Below, piece by piece: positions 37,345 to 48,144 of a stretch of DNA of 64,000 bases; the stretch's first letter is position 1; every line of letters begins with the position of its first letter. The stretch is from Fervidicoccaceae archaeon (GTDB taxonomy: Archaea > Thermoproteota > Thermoprotei_A > Sulfolobales > Fervidicoccaceae), in NCBI GenBank assembly GCA_038734945.1, contig JAVYOA010000001.1, positions 1 to 64,000 on the forward strand, in the 5' to 3' direction. The notes below the pieces were generated by a model. That model did no database searches, was not told the origin of the DNA, and saw nothing but the letters and a program-made list of their open reading frames with translations. A program made the position numbers and the translations under genes.

Positions 37345-38778
37345 TCAATAAGTTCTAGCAAGCCTGAGAGAGGTCTTAGCCTCTCTGCCGCAGATAGGAC
37401 ATTTTTTCCCAGCAACCCAGTCCGGAGGATCAATTGGAGATCCCAGAGCCTTGAGTCCGGTTTTCTCCTGCATCTTCAGAGCGCAGTCATCTTTTCCGCA
37501 CCATGGCGTCTCAACTATTCCTTTCCTCTCCTCATAATTTTCAATTTCCTGCAGGGAAATCACCCTCCTGATGCTTGAGTTGAGCCTAGTCCATGCTCTC
37601 TCCTTCAAGTTCCTGTCAATCTCATCTCCAATTCTGATGACTTCTTCGCATATTCTGTCAGCTTCAACGACGACTTTTTTCAACAGATCTCTCCTAGCAA
37701 GGACAGCAGTTCTTCCAGCGACCTCTCTCCTTCCAATCTCAGCTCTGATGGGGATACCCCTTAGCTCAAGGTCATAGAATTTCTTTCCTGGAGTTAGCTC
37801 CTCCCTCTCATCTATCTTTGCTCTTATACCGCAATCTTTCAGCTTGCCCTCTATCTCTCTCGCATATCTCAGTGAGGAGGCTTTCTCCTCTTCATTGAAA
37901 TATATAGGTACTATTGAAACCTGCAGAGGTGCAATTCTAAATGGTAGAACTGCTCCTCTCTCGTCTCCATGCACAGCTATTACTGAGGCAATGACTCTGT
38001 CCGAAATTCCATAGCTCGTCTGCCAGACGTAATCTATACTCTCATCGCTCAGCATTACCTTAACATCTATTGGCTTTGAGAACGATTGCCCCAGATGATG
38101 CACTGTTCCTATCTGAAGAGCTCTTCCATCAGGAAATACAGTATCGAAGGCGATTGTGTAAAGGGCTCCAGCGAATTTGTCAAAATCAGGCCTTCTTGAA
38201 ATTATGTATGGGATGCCAAGGCTGTCAAATATTCTCGAATATATATCGAGAGCTTCCTTGACCTGTCTATCGGCGTCCTCGAAGGAAGAATGAGCTGTAT
38301 GAGCTTCCTTGAACGTTGTTACCTCCCTGAGCCTCAACAGAGGTCTGGTTGACTTTGTCTCATACCTGAATATGCTCACTATCTGATAGAATTTTCTTGG
38401 GAGCTGCTTATAGCTGTTAAACCAGAGGCTTTCCATATAGCTAATGGATGTCTCGCTTGTCGGTCTCAGAGCTAGCTTCACATCAAGCTCCTCGAGCCCT
38501 CCATGAGTAACCCAGTATACTTCATCCCTGAAGCCTCTTATGTGCTCCTCCTCCTTGACCAAGAGATCCTCAGGTATTAGCATTGGAAAAAGAACTTCCT
38601 CGTGTCCTGTGGAGTCCAGCTCTCTCCTAACAACATCTAGTATGTTCTTTCGGAGAGCATACCCATATGGCATCCATATTCCTACTCCCTTTATGGGATA
38701 CCTGCCGTAATCGTATATTTCTGCCTCTCTCAGTACCCTATCGAACCATTCGCTGAATTTATCTCCCATCTCAGCCAC
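37345..38778 (-). CDS. proS: Proline--tRNA ligase (archaeal type)
   Basis: [37 protein letters not shown]-terminal Zn cysteines and terminal Tyr. Confidence 0.96.
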   Translation of the reverse strand: MAEMGDKFSEWFDRVLREAEIYDYGRYPIKGVGIWMPYGYALRKNILDVVRRELDSTGHEEVLFPMLIPEDLLVKEEEHIRGFRDEVYWVTHGGLEELDVKLALRPTSETSISYMESLWFNSYKQLPRKFYQIVSIFRYETKSTRPLLRLREVTTFKEAHTAHSSFEDADRQVKEALDIYSRIFDSLGIPYIISRRPDFDKFAGALYTIAFDTVFPDGRALQIGTVHHLGQSFSKPIDVKVMLSDESIDYVWQTSYGISDRVIASVIAVHGDERGAVLPFRIAPLQVSIVPIYFNEEEKASSLRYAREIEGKLKDCGIRAKIDEREELTPGKKFYDLELRGIPIRAEIGRREVAGRTAVLARRDLLKKVVVEADRICEEVIRIGDEIDRNLKERAWTRLNSSIRRVISLQEIENYEERKGIVETPWCGKDDCALKMQEKTGLKALGSPIDPPDWVAGKKCPICGREAKTSLRLARTY

Positions 38779-38844
38779 TACGAACCATCTCCCTGGGGAC
38801 TGAAAACATGGAAAAAGCTTTCTAAGATGCGAATCTGGAAACGC

Positions 38845-39162
38845 TCAGATCAGAATTATTATCAGAATGGCAACTATCAAACCATATATAGCTATTCCCT
38901 CTCCAAGGGCCACAACTAGGAGAACGTTGCTGAATAGCTCCGACTTCTCCGTTAGAGCGCTCAGTCCAGCAGATCCAGCAACTCCCACTGCATACCCTCC
39001 CCCTAGACCTGCGAGTCCAACAGCTAGTGCTGCTCCTAGGGCCTTGTAGCTGGAAACGCTTGCCTCTGCAGTTGTCGTCTGTGCAGAGGCAGCTGATGCC
39101 ATCATTATTAGTGCAAGGAATACAAATAACCCATATAGAAGGAATTTGTAAGCTCTCATCAT
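38845..39162 (-). CDS. atpK: A/V-type ATP synthase proteolipid subunit K (c) with N-terminal signal peptide
   Basis: GLAGLGGGYAVG helix and ALGEGIAIYG carboxylate helix. Confidence 0.92.
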   Translation of the reverse strand: MMRAYKFLLYGLFVFLALIMMASAASAQTTTAEASVSSYKALGAALAVGLAGLGGGYAVGVAGSAGLSALTEKSELFSNVLLVVALGEGIAIYGLIVAILIIILI

Positions 39163-39278
39163 CTCTACCTCTCCATGGATTGATGTTATTAATTGGGTTC
39201 CCTCTTTTAAATATTGCTTAATTTTTCAGTTCATGATTAGGCCTGGAATTTCTTTATTATTAAAGCTCTTTTTCTATT

Positions 39279-39929
39279 TTACCCTTCTTTTTCCTCCTGT
39301 GCAGAAGCTGTCCTTTTTGCCTTAAGCACTTTGAGCCTCGTGAATTCCTCCCTCATCCTCTCGTCCAAGATAAGCGAGATGTACTTTATGCTTTTCTCAT
39401 AGTCCGGCAAAATGGCGTAGTCAATTGAATTTATCAGGCGCTGCGTTCCTTTCAGTTCTGCTATGAGTCTGAATATTGAGTTCTCGAGCTCTATGAGCTT
39501 GAGAAGCTTTTCAAAGGTATTTTTCAGCTCGTCTCTCGCTCGGAAGAAGGATGGAGGTATATCTGCTGGGAAAAGCATTTGGGGGATCGAGTCTCTGTTG
39601 AGGCTCAGATAGGGGGTTCTCACTGAGAAGACAAGCTTTGTCTTAACTGCTACTGAGAGGCTGGGTGGGACAGAGACGGCTATATCTGTTGATCGCTTCA
39701 AGCCTATCTCGAAGAGTGCCTCGCTATAGGAAGCATATGCTCTCTTCAGCTCTTCAGATGTCTCCGCATATAGCTTTTCATACTCCCCTATCATCGTCCT
39801 TATGTAGAGAAGAAGGGCGGACCTCTTCTCATCAAGAACCTTCCTTATTCTTCTTATTAGAGAGAGATCCCTCTTTAGTTTTATCAGGTTTATTTTCGTA
39901 GGTAGTCTGCTTCTTTTGTCAAAGCTCAA
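39279..39929 (-). CDS. atpD: A/V-type ATP synthase subunit D
   Basis: PTKINLIKLK, TQRLINSI, LDERMREEFTRLK. Confidence 0.93.
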   Translation of the reverse strand: MSFDKRSRLPTKINLIKLKRDLSLIRRIRKVLDEKRSALLLYIRTMIGEYEKLYAETSEELKRAYASYSEALFEIGLKRSTDIAVSVPPSLSVAVKTKLVFSVRTPYLSLNRDSIPQMLFPADIPPSFFRARDELKNTFEKLLKLIELENSIFRLIAELKGTQRLINSIDYAILPDYEKSIKYISLILDERMREEFTRLKVLKAKRTASAQEEKEG

Positions 39930-39941
39930 GCTCTGCTTACC

Positions 39942-41345
39942 TCAGTTTTTCTTGTAGTACTTCTGTATGTATTCTGGTCTGATATTGGTGAGCTCCGTTT
40001 CTGGAAGGATTGATAGAACATTCCAAGCTATTTCCAAAGTTTCCTCAATGCTTCTATTTTCCGTTGGGAGCTGATTGATAAAAGTTCTCTCAAATGCTTC
40101 CCCAAATCTCAGATATTTCTTGTCTGTTGCACTGAGGCTCTCCTCCCCTATTATTGTTGCCAGGCTCTTCAGCTCCTGAGATCTGCTATATGCTGCGTAT
40201 AGCTGATTGTAAACATCACTGTGATCCTCCCTAGTCTTTCCAGCACCTATCCCCTCCTTCATTAGCCTGGAAAGACTCATGAGAACATTCACTGGTGGGT
40301 ATATTCCCCTATTGTAAAGTCCTCTATCAAGGACTATCTGCCCTTCTGTGATATAGCCAGTGAGATCTGGAATAGGATGAGTTATGTCGTCATTTGGCAT
40401 TGAGAGGATTGGCATTTGTGTAATGCTTCCCTTCTTTCCTATGACCCTCCCAGCCCTCTCATATATTGATGCCAGATCGCTGTACATGTATCCAGGATAT
40501 CCCTGTCTTCCAGGTATTTCTTCTCTGGCAGAACTAACTTCCCTCAGTGCTTCAGCATAGTTAGTCATGTCAGTAATTATCGCGAGCACATGCATGTCTC
40601 TCTCATACGCCAAGAACTCCGCCAGCGTGAGCGCTACTCTTGGAGTGACAAGCCTTATCATTGCAGGCTCATTGGCAAGATTGACAAACATTGCTACTTT
40701 GTTTCTTGCACCAGTTTCCTCGAAGAATCTCTTGAAGAACAGGAACTCATCATATTTTATTCCAATAGCAGCAAAGACAACAGCGAATTGCTCGTTTTCT
40801 CCTCTTACTACAGATTGCCTAGCAATCTGTGCAGCAAGCAGATTATGAGGTAAGCCTCCCCCGCTGAATATTGGAAGCTTCTGTCCTCTTACCAGAGTGT
40901 TCATTCCATCTATTGCGCTGACTCCGGTCTGTATGAAGTCCTTTGGATAAGCTCTGGATGATGGATTGAGGGGCTCTCCATTGATATCCCTCTTATCATC
41001 AGCTATGATTGATGGCCCCCCATCTATGGGATCTCCAAGACCATTGAATATTCTGCCCAGCATGTCCTCGGATACTCCCAATTCGAGTGTCTTACCAAGA
41101 AAACGAACGATTGTTCCAGTTGTTGAAATCCCTGTAGTTCCCTCGAAGACCTGTATTACAGCTACTCCCCTGCTCACATCCAGTACCCTTCCTCTCCTCT
41201 TCTCTCCAGAGGATAGCTCCACTTCAACTAGCTCATCGAAAGCTACTCCAGATGAAGCCTTAACGAAAAGGAGCGGGCCTCTTATTCTCTCCACTTCCTT
41301 AGACTCAATCACTCCAGATATTCCTTTCTTTTCTCTCAGCGCCAC
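39942..41345 (-). CDS. atpB: A/V-type ATP synthase subunit B
   Basis: [49 protein letters not shown]. Confidence 0.97.
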   Translation of the reverse strand: MALREKKGISGVIESKEVERIRGPLLFVKASSGVAFDELVEVELSSGEKRRGRVLDVSRGVAVIQVFEGTTGISTTGTIVRFLGKTLELGVSEDMLGRIFNGLGDPIDGGPSIIADDKRDINGEPLNPSSRAYPKDFIQTGVSAIDGMNTLVRGQKLPIFSGGGLPHNLLAAQIARQSVVRGENEQFAVVFAAIGIKYDEFLFFKRFFEETGARNKVAMFVNLANEPAMIRLVTPRVALTLAEFLAYERDMHVLAIITDMTNYAEALREVSSAREEIPGRQGYPGYMYSDLASIYERAGRVIGKKGSITQMPILSMPNDDITHPIPDLTGYITEGQIVLDRGLYNRGIYPPVNVLMSLSRLMKEGIGAGKTREDHSDVYNQLYAAYSRSQELKSLATIIGEESLSATDKKYLRFGEAFERTFINQLPTENRSIEETLEIAWNVLSILPETELTNIRPEYIQKYYKKN

Positions 41346-41351
41346 GCGAAA

Positions 41352-43142
41352 TCACCTTGACTGTGATTGATTGAATGACTTTAGCTTTTCTACAATATTA
41401 TTAACAATGGAATCAAATTCCTCCGGCTTGTCGTGCGGTATAGTATATCTTCCTCTCATCAGCTGAGCTACTTGATCCGAAATAGCCGATTCGACTTCTG
41501 AGACTGTCGCCAATCCCTGCGATATTATGCTCTGAACTGCTTCATGGACAGTGAGTATAGATCGCAGCATCTTATATTGTCTTCGAGGATCTGAAAATGC
41601 ATCGATCGGATCAAATGCATTCTGCTTGAGAAATCCTTCCTTGATCAGCCTTGCTGTGAAAAGGACAAGCTTGTCCGATTCGCTTAGGCCCTCCGTTCCT
41701 ACCAATCTCACTATTTCTCTCACTTCGTTTTCTCTGTACAGTATGTCAAGAGCCTTCTTTCTGTCCTCTGGCCATCTCTGATCAACGTTCTTCTTCCACC
41801 ACTCACTCACCGTATCTGCATATGCGCTATAGCTGAGGAGCCAGTTTATAGCTGGATAGTGCCTTGAATATGCTAGAGCTGTATCGAGGGCCCAGAAAAC
41901 TCTCACAAATCTCCTGGTATGGCTTGTTACCGGCTCCGTGAAGTCTCCTCCCGGAGGCGAAACTGCTCCTCCAAGCGTCACCGAACCAATCCTTCTGGGA
42001 TTACCAATAGCTATAACCCTTCCCGCTCTTTCATAGAACTCGGCTATTCTTGAAGCCAGATAGCTGGGATATCCCTCCTCTGCAGGCATCTCCTCAAGCC
42101 TTCCAGCTATTTCTCTCAGAGCCTCAGCCCATCTGCTTGTGGAATCTGCTACTAGGAGGACATCGTAGCCTTGGTCTCTGTAGTATTCCGCCATGGTTAT
42201 TCCAACATAGATGCTTGCCTCTCTGGCTGCCACTGGCATGTTGCTCGTGTTTGCTATTAGGATCGTTCTCTCCATGAGAGGTCTTCCGGTCCATGGATCC
42301 TTATATTCTGGGAATCTCTCCAAAACTTCGGTCATCTCGTTTCCTCTCTCTCCGCATCCTATGTAGATCACGACCTTTGCCTCGCTCCACTGTGCTAGCC
42401 CATGAAGGGTTACGGTTTTCCCAGTTCCAAAGCCCCCTGGTATTGCTGCTGTCCCTCCTTTTGCTATTGGAAAAAGCGTGTCAATTATTCTGAGCCCAGT
42501 TATAAGTGGCTCAGTTGGCTCGAGCTTGTCTAAATATGGTCTGGGAATCCTCACAGGCCATGTATGATAGAGTCTGAGGGGGGTCTCTCTCCCCGATTGT
42601 TCAATAGTTCCTATTTCCTCCTCTATGCTGTAGTCTCCCTCTGGAACAATCTCCTTCAGTGTACCATGTAGATTTGGAGGAATCATTATTCTATGCTCTA
42701 TGAGCTCTGTTTCCTTCACAGTTCCAATAATGGTCCCACCTTCAAGCTTCTCTCCAGGCTTGATTTGATCGGCAGGAACAAAGTGCCATTTCTTGTCTCT
42801 CGGTAGAGCGGGAAGCTTTATTCCCCTCTTCACAAAAATTGAGTTTGTCTCTCTCTTAATTTCTTCCAGAGGTCTCTGAATTCCGTCATATATTTGGCTA
42901 ATTAGCCCTGGTCCCAGCTCAACAGACAGGGGAGCTCCTGTTCCCCTAACTATTTCTCCAGGTCTGAGCCCGGATGTGGATTCGTAAACTTGAATATAAG
43001 CAACATCTCCTTCAATCCTCGATACTTCCCCTATTAGCCCTTCGCTTCCAACCTCAACGACCTCGTACATCTTTATGCCAGCCATATCTTCTGCAACTAC
43101 TAAGGATCCTGATATTCTCCTAATTCTTCCAAGGACACTCAT
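41352..43142 (-). CDS. atpA: A/V-type ATP synthase subunit A
   Basis: [32 protein letters not shown]; no intein. Confidence 0.97.
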   Translation of the reverse strand: MSVLGRIRRISGSLVVAEDMAGIKMYEVVEVGSEGLIGEVSRIEGDVAYIQVYESTSGLRPGEIVRGTGAPLSVELGPGLISQIYDGIQRPLEEIKRETNSIFVKRGIKLPALPRDKKWHFVPADQIKPGEKLEGGTIIGTVKETELIEHRIMIPPNLHGTLKEIVPEGDYSIEEEIGTIEQSGRETPLRLYHTWPVRIPRPYLDKLEPTEPLITGLRIIDTLFPIAKGGTAAIPGGFGTGKTVTLHGLAQWSEAKVVIYIGCGERGNEMTEVLERFPEYKDPWTGRPLMERTILIANTSNMPVAAREASIYVGITMAEYYRDQGYDVLLVADSTSRWAEALREIAGRLEEMPAEEGYPSYLASRIAEFYERAGRVIAIGNPRRIGSVTLGGAVSPPGGDFTEPVTSHTRRFVRVFWALDTALAYSRHYPAINWLLSYSAYADTVSEWWKKNVDQRWPEDRKKALDILYRENEVREIVRLVGTEGLSESDKLVLFTARLIKEGFLKQNAFDPIDAFSDPRRQYKMLRSILTVHEAVQSIISQGLATVSEVESAISDQVAQLMRGRYTIPHDKPEEFDSIVNNIVEKLKSFNQSQSR

Positions 43143-43147
43143 GAAGA

Positions 43148-43762
43148 TCATTCCTCTTCAAATAGAACCTTTTTTGCTGTGCTCATGAGCTCGTCTCTCA
43201 TTAGCTCAAAGGCTCTTTTCAGCGTAAAATCCTGGGATATGCCTGTTTCGGGGTAAACCAGAACAAAGCCTCCGCTTCCTTCAGGAAGATCAGCCTTTAT
43301 CTCGATTTCCTCCGCTTTTTCAGCAATCTTTTTGACAATTTTTTCAAAAATCTTCCTGTCCTTTGCCTCAACATGAAGCTCTATCGAGCTGCTGAGGGAA
43401 GATGATAGGACTCTCTTCAGGGCTGAGCTATAGAGTTTCTCCCTGTCTTTTTCGCTCATCCCGAAAATTCTTTCTTCAGAAGCTGATAGCACCTTCTCAA
43501 CAATTTCATTTATTTTCATCTGAGAGCTCAACCTGGTATTCAGCTCGAGAGATGACTCGAGGCTCCTGAGCGAATCAATGTAAGAGGAATATTCCTCATT
43601 GAGTTTAGACAGGGCTTCAGCTCTTATTTTCCTGTATCCATCATCGAGCATTGTGAGAGCGTCTTTCTTAACTCCATTTATGTACTCAGCATAATCCTTG
43701 AGCGCTCTTTCTATGACTGCTGAGGACAGTTTCTCTGGCTTACCCCCTTCCAAGCATCTCAC
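43148..43762 (-). CDS. atpE: A/V-type ATP synthase subunit E
   Basis: Helical N-terminus, GGFVL..D.T motif, position upstream of atpA; start may be TTG 43753. Confidence 0.8.
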   Translation of the reverse strand: MRCLEGGKPEKLSSAVIERALKDYAEYINGVKKDALTMLDDGYRKIRAEALSKLNEEYSSYIDSLRSLESSLELNTRLSSQMKINEIVEKVLSASEERIFGMSEKDREKLYSSALKRVLSSSLSSSIELHVEAKDRKIFEKIVKKIAEKAEEIEIKADLPEGSGGFVLVYPETGISQDFTLKRAFELMRDELMSTAKKVLFEEE

Positions 43763-43887
43763 CCAAGTAACGAGCTTTTAAATGGATTTCATTCCCTATA
43801 AAAACTTAGCCTCGAAAAATGACATTTTTCATTGTAATAACATAATAGTTGATCCTCCATGTGAAGCCTTGTAGCTAGGCTCGATCG

Positions 43888-44205
43888 CTATCCAAAGCCA
43901 AGTGCTTTCAGAACTAGCTCTCTCATGTTGGAGGGAGCAAAGCCGCTTCTGGGAGAGGGAAGAAGAAATATGATCTTTCCCGTCCTTCTCCTTATTCTAT
44001 CTATTTCCTTAGAAATAACCTCACCTAGATCCTTCTCAACTAGTATTAGAGAGATGTCGTTTCTATTGGCATAGACCTCGATCAGCTTTATTGCTTCTGT
44101 GGGATTTCTTTGAACCTCTCCCAAGCAGCCTATGCTCCTGTACATTGTCACAAGATCTGCATTTCCTATAACTACAACTTTACCTTCCATTGGATCTGTG
44201 CTCAT
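43888..44205 (-). CDS. atpF: A/V-type ATP synthase subunit F
   Basis: KVVVIG.ADLV...IG, LPSP, LVLKALG; ATG 44205. Confidence 0.85.
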   Translation of the reverse strand: MSTDPMEGKVVVIGNADLVTMYRSIGCLGEVQRNPTEAIKLIEVYANRNDISLILVEKDLGEVISKEIDRIRRRTGKIIFLLPSPRSGFAPSNMRELVLKALGFG

Positions 44206-44388
44206 ATTCTTACATCTCCAGAGACGGCATAAAAGCACAAAGTCTTCTAGTGTAGATTGTTTTTTCTATTATTATTTTTTATAGTTTATTTTTCAGCCTG
44301 CTATCTTTTTCTAATCATAGATAGAGAAAAAATAAATTAGAGAAGGTTAGAATTAAGAACTACCTGTCATCATCCCTGCTGAAGAGGT

Positions 44389-46398
44389 TTGCTGCTGATG
44401 TTCATCTCAAGAGAGATAGCTGAGATAACGATAATGACCTCCAGGAAGAACTCAAGCAGGCTAGCTTCAACGCTTCTCAGCACCAACATATTTCATCCAA
44501 TTTCAGTAGATGCTTCCTTTCCCGGGGATACAGATATAACTGCGCAGAAACTGTCATTTGAGCTCACATCAAAGATTAGAAAGCTGAATGATTATATGAG
44601 AGAGGTTGGGATCTTCCTCTCTTCTGGAGGCGGCTCCCTCAAGATAGCGGATTGGATAGATTTTTCAAAACAGCTTCTTTCTAAGATTTCGTCCTTGGAA
44701 GCATCGGTTGATCCAATAGTCTCAGCCCTAAGAGAGGAAAAGCAGCAGGCAACCAAGCTAGTAGATCTTCTGAGGGAATTGGAGCCTCTCTGTAACCTGG
44801 ATATTGATCTCAGGGAAATACTCGATCTGAAGCTTATTTCAGTTAAGATAGGCGAGATTCCCTCTGACTCAATTGAAGCTGCAAAAACATTTCTCAAGGA
44901 TGAGGTATTTTTCATCTGGCCAATAAATGAGAGAAGATCACTGCTTGTAGTCTTCTCCCTGAGGGAAAACGAGAAAAATGTGGAGAGGATTCTAGCATCG
45001 CTGGGCTTCAAGCAGATTGAGATTGGGGAGGGGCTTCCAAGCAATCCAATGAGGGCCTGCGAGGAAATTCGAAGTAGGCTGGAGAGACTTGAGTTAGAAT
45101 TGGAGAGCAGAAAGGCAGAGCTGTTGAGCTATAAGGACAGAATAATTGAGCTCTATGCTGAAGCCTTTACAGCAAATGAAGCAATGAAGATTCTGTCTTT
45201 CTCAAGAGTAACAGATAGCTTTATAGTAGTAAGGGGATTCATTCCCTCGGAAGAGACTGTGAAAACTAGGGATATGCTTAGAAGAGCACTCAACGATGAA
45301 TTTCTACTTTTCATAGGAAAAGTTGAGAGGGGGTTCACTGCAGAAGAGGTTCCCTCATCAATATCTGTTCCAAGCTTCCTCAAGCCGTTCAAGATGATAG
45401 TGGACAACTATGGAGCTCCTAAGGCAAGTGAAATATATCCAGTGCTTATGGTTGCTATAACTTTTCCTGTAATATTTGCTCTGATGTTCCCGGATGCTGG
45501 ACACGGGCTCCTTGTAGCGCTTTTTGGCTATTTTCTAATGAGGAGGGCGAAGGGAAGGGAAGGATGGAAGAACACTGGGCTACTGGCGATCTACCTGGGC
45601 ATTGCAAGCGTAGTAAGCGGATTGCTGGCTGGAGAGTTCTTTGGACCGCTGACAAACCTTGGAGAAATTCTGTGGCATGGTCATCCACCGCTTCCAAGCC
45701 CGTTTGAAGCTGGAGGAACCGCTGTTGACATCATGATCAATATCTCGCTGAGATTGGGTTCAACATTGCTGATTTTGGGCACTTTTATAGGTATGCTGAA
45801 CTACATTATCTCCAGGGACTTGATCGGGGCAATTGAGGTAGGGCTACCAAAGTTCATTGCCTTCACATTTGCTCTATATCCTTTCGTTATTTATAATTCA
45901 GCTGAGGCCGGAAGCATTATATACAGAGCCGTCTTCGGTGGAGCAGGAGACCTTCAGAGCTTCCTTGTGAGGTGGGGATCGATATCTGGCCTTCTTCTTA
46001 TGTTCCTCGCAGAACCCATTTTCCACGTTGTAAAACATGAAAGGGGATCTGTGTCCTCAGCAATCACTATGTCCTTCATGGAAATGTTCGAAGCTGTTCT
46101 CATGATGATAGGCAACACTGCCAGCTTTCTTAGGATTTTGGGACTGAGTGTTGCCCATGCAGGGCTAATGTACAGCTTCACAGTTCTAGCAAAGCTCTTG
46201 ATGAGTGGCACGGCTGGAATAGTAGCAGGAATCTTGATCTATGTGATTGGAAACCTATTAGCTGCAGGACTAGAAGGAGTTATTGTGTTTGCCCACTCTC
46301 TCAGGCTGCACTATTACGAGTGGTTCAGCAAGTTCTATTCTGGGAGTGGAATTCCTTTCACTCCGCTGAGGCCCCTTCTCAACATAGTGATAGAATAA
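44389..46398 (+). CDS. atpI: A/V-type ATP synthase subunit I (a), divergent from the other atp genes
   Basis: MFPDAGHG, NTASFLRI.GL..AH, HSLRLHYYEWFSKFY.G.G.PF.P. Confidence 0.93.
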   Translation: MLLMFISREIAEITIMTSRKNSSRLASTLLSTNIFHPISVDASFPGDTDITAQKLSFELTSKIRKLNDYMREVGIFLSSGGGSLKIADWIDFSKQLLSKISSLEASVDPIVSALREEKQQATKLVDLLRELEPLCNLDIDLREILDLKLISVKIGEIPSDSIEAAKTFLKDEVFFIWPINERRSLLVVFSLRENEKNVERILASLGFKQIEIGEGLPSNPMRACEEIRSRLERLELELESRKAELLSYKDRIIELYAEAFTANEAMKILSFSRVTDSFIVVRGFIPSEETVKTRDMLRRALNDEFLLFIGKVERGFTAEEVPSSISVPSFLKPFKMIVDNYGAPKASEIYPVLMVAITFPVIFALMFPDAGHGLLVALFGYFLMRRAKGREGWKNTGLLAIYLGIASVVSGLLAGEFFGPLTNLGEILWHGHPPLPSPFEAGGTAVDIMINISLRLGSTLLILGTFIGMLNYIISRDLIGAIEVGLPKFIAFTFALYPFVIYNSAEAGSIIYRAVFGGAGDLQSFLVRWGSISGLLLMFLAEPIFHVVKHERGSVSSAITMSFMEMFEAVLMMIGNTASFLRILGLSVAHAGLMYSFTVLAKLLMSGTAGIVAGILIYVIGNLLAAGLEGVIVFAHSLRLHYYEWFSKFYSGSGIPFTPLRPLLNIVIE

Positions 46399-46415
46399 GT
46401 ATTGTGATTTAAGCT

Positions 46416-46857
46416 TCACCGTTTATCCAATATTTGTCTGTCTAGCTTGAAACCGCATCGTGGGCAGGTTTAAAAAGCGTTGTGCGGAGAAACCTTAACG
46501 ACTAGTGCCTTCTCTGAGAGCCTCTTATGCATTGCTTCCCAGGGTCTTCAAGCATTTCCCTTCCCTCCTCTTCTAGCTAGCTTTCCCTCTAGCAACCAAG
46601 CCTTCCTTTTCGAGGTCTTCAAAAACATGAACAGCTTTGGGGAAAAGGTGGTTAACTGCTTAGCGAGCTTGCTTACGAAATCTCTCTATTTTTCTCTCGC
46701 TTAGCATACTTCTCGAATAGCTCTCTTTTGCCAACGGATTATGCAACAGCTTTCTTCTTCTCGTAGACAATTTTCAGGCTCTGAAATAGCCTAAATTAAC
46801 CTTGATGAAGCCTGCGCCAGGAGAGCAACCATCCAGAGATAGCTCTTTTGAATCCAT
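46416..46857 (-). pseudogene. tnpB: Heavily decayed TnpB (IS200/IS605/IS607 accessory nuclease) relic
   Basis: Translation across frameshifts and stops: MDSKELSLDG..GFIKV / VYEKKKAVA*SVGKRELFEKYAKREKNR / DFVSKLAKQL / HVFEDLEK / PWEAMHKRLSEKALVVKVSPHNAF*TCPRCGFKLDRQ. Homologous to 59295-59410. Confidence 0.8.
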
Positions 46858-46923
46858 GCAAAACCCTAAAAATATAAATCGTGTTTTTTTAATACTAAAG
46901 TATGCTTAAACCGGAGAATTACC

Positions 46924-48144
46924 ATGGGAAAGGTTGAGTGGAGCATAAGGAAGATTTCCAGAAATATTACGATGATAAGGATCATTGATTCTGAGACGAG
47001 GTTCTTCGAGGCCCTCTGGGAGATTCCGGAAATGATATCCTACAATTCATATTTTATATCAACTGAGGAGGGGGGCATCTTAATCGACACGGGCCCCAGG
47101 GATTCCTATGCATTTCTCGAAGCCCTGGACTCAGTAGCTTCTCCAAAGGATGTTTCTTTTCTCGTTGTCAACCACATGGAACCAGATCACTCCGGAGCTC
47201 TGGAATTGCTCATTGAGAGGAACAGAGACATCAAGATAGTATCCCACCCAATTTCCTTTCACCTGATGAAGAGCTTCTATGGGATTTCGCCTTCTTCCAG
47301 ATTGGAGATTAAGGATGGGGGGACGCTGAAGGTTGGAAAAGATGAGCTGAGGTTCTTTCATGTGCCCTGGCTCCATTGGCCTGAGACTATAGTGACCTAT
47401 CTTGAAAGCAGAAGGGCTCTTTTCACGGGCGATGTGTTTGGTGCCTATTCAATTGAATCCGAGCTTCTAGAAAGTGAAGAAATTGTAAGAAATGAGAAAT
47501 ACCTCTGGGAAATGAAGAAATACTTTGTTAATGTTATAGGTGCATATAGAAACAATGTTGTGAGCGCAGTTAGGAAGCTCAGAGAGCTCAATCTCAATGC
47601 GGAAATAGTTCTGCCTGCCCATGGAGCTGTTTTTCATGGAAATGGGGCTCTCGAATCCCTTCTCTCCATATATGAGGGCTGGTCCCTATGTGGAGAGAAG
47701 AGGGAGGCTATTATTGCTTTGAGCTCTATGTACGGCTTTTCCGAGGAGGTTGCCAAAGAAGTTTCGGAAGCTCTAGAGCAATTTGGTGTACCCAGCAAAA
47801 TTTTCAGATTCACATCCAAGATGAGGAATAACTTCTCCGATGCAATAGCAGCTATGCAAGATGCTTCTTTGATTGTAATCATATCCTCGACGTATGAGAA
47901 TTCTCCCCACCCCATCATTGAATATTTGGTTTCCCTTATGGGGAAAAAGCTATGCAGGGAAAAGAAAATTCTCTTGATCGGAACATATGGGTGGGGAGGG
48001 GGGACTGCTGCATCAATTCTCTTAGAGAACCTGGTTAAGAAGGGGTTCAAAGTCCCCGAGCCAATAATGGTGAATTCCAAGCTGACTTCTTGGGATAAGG
48101 AAAAAATTCATGAAGTGGTTGCTAAGCTATTTCTCAGCAGCTAG
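46924..48144 (+). CDS. fprA: Flavodiiron protein (A-type flavoprotein, O2/NO reductase)
   Basis: YNSY, NHMEPDHSG, LHWPE, GDVFGA, PAHG, SMYG, YGWGG flavodoxin domain. Confidence 0.92.
   Translation: MGKVEWSIRKISRNITMIRIIDSETRFFEALWEIPEMISYNSYFISTEEGGILIDTGPRDSYAFLEALDSVASPKDVSFLVVNHMEPDHSGALELLIERNRDIKIVSHPISFHLMKSFYGISPSSRLEIKDGGTLKVGKDELRFFHVPWLHWPETIVTYLESRRALFTGDVFGAYSIESELLESEEIVRNEKYLWEMKKYFVNVIGAYRNNVVSAVRKLRELNLNAEIVLPAHGAVFHGNGALESLLSIYEGWSLCGEKREAIIALSSMYGFSEEVAKEVSEALEQFGVPSKIFRFTSKMRNNFSDAIAAMQDASLIVIISSTYENSPHPIIEYLVSLMGKKLCREKKILLIGTYGWGGGTAASILLENLVKKGFKVPEPIMVNSKLTSWDKEKIHEVVAKLFLSS

Noticed and set aside
46480..46704. 74-aa plus-strand ORF
   Set aside because: It is the antisense of the decayed tnpB.
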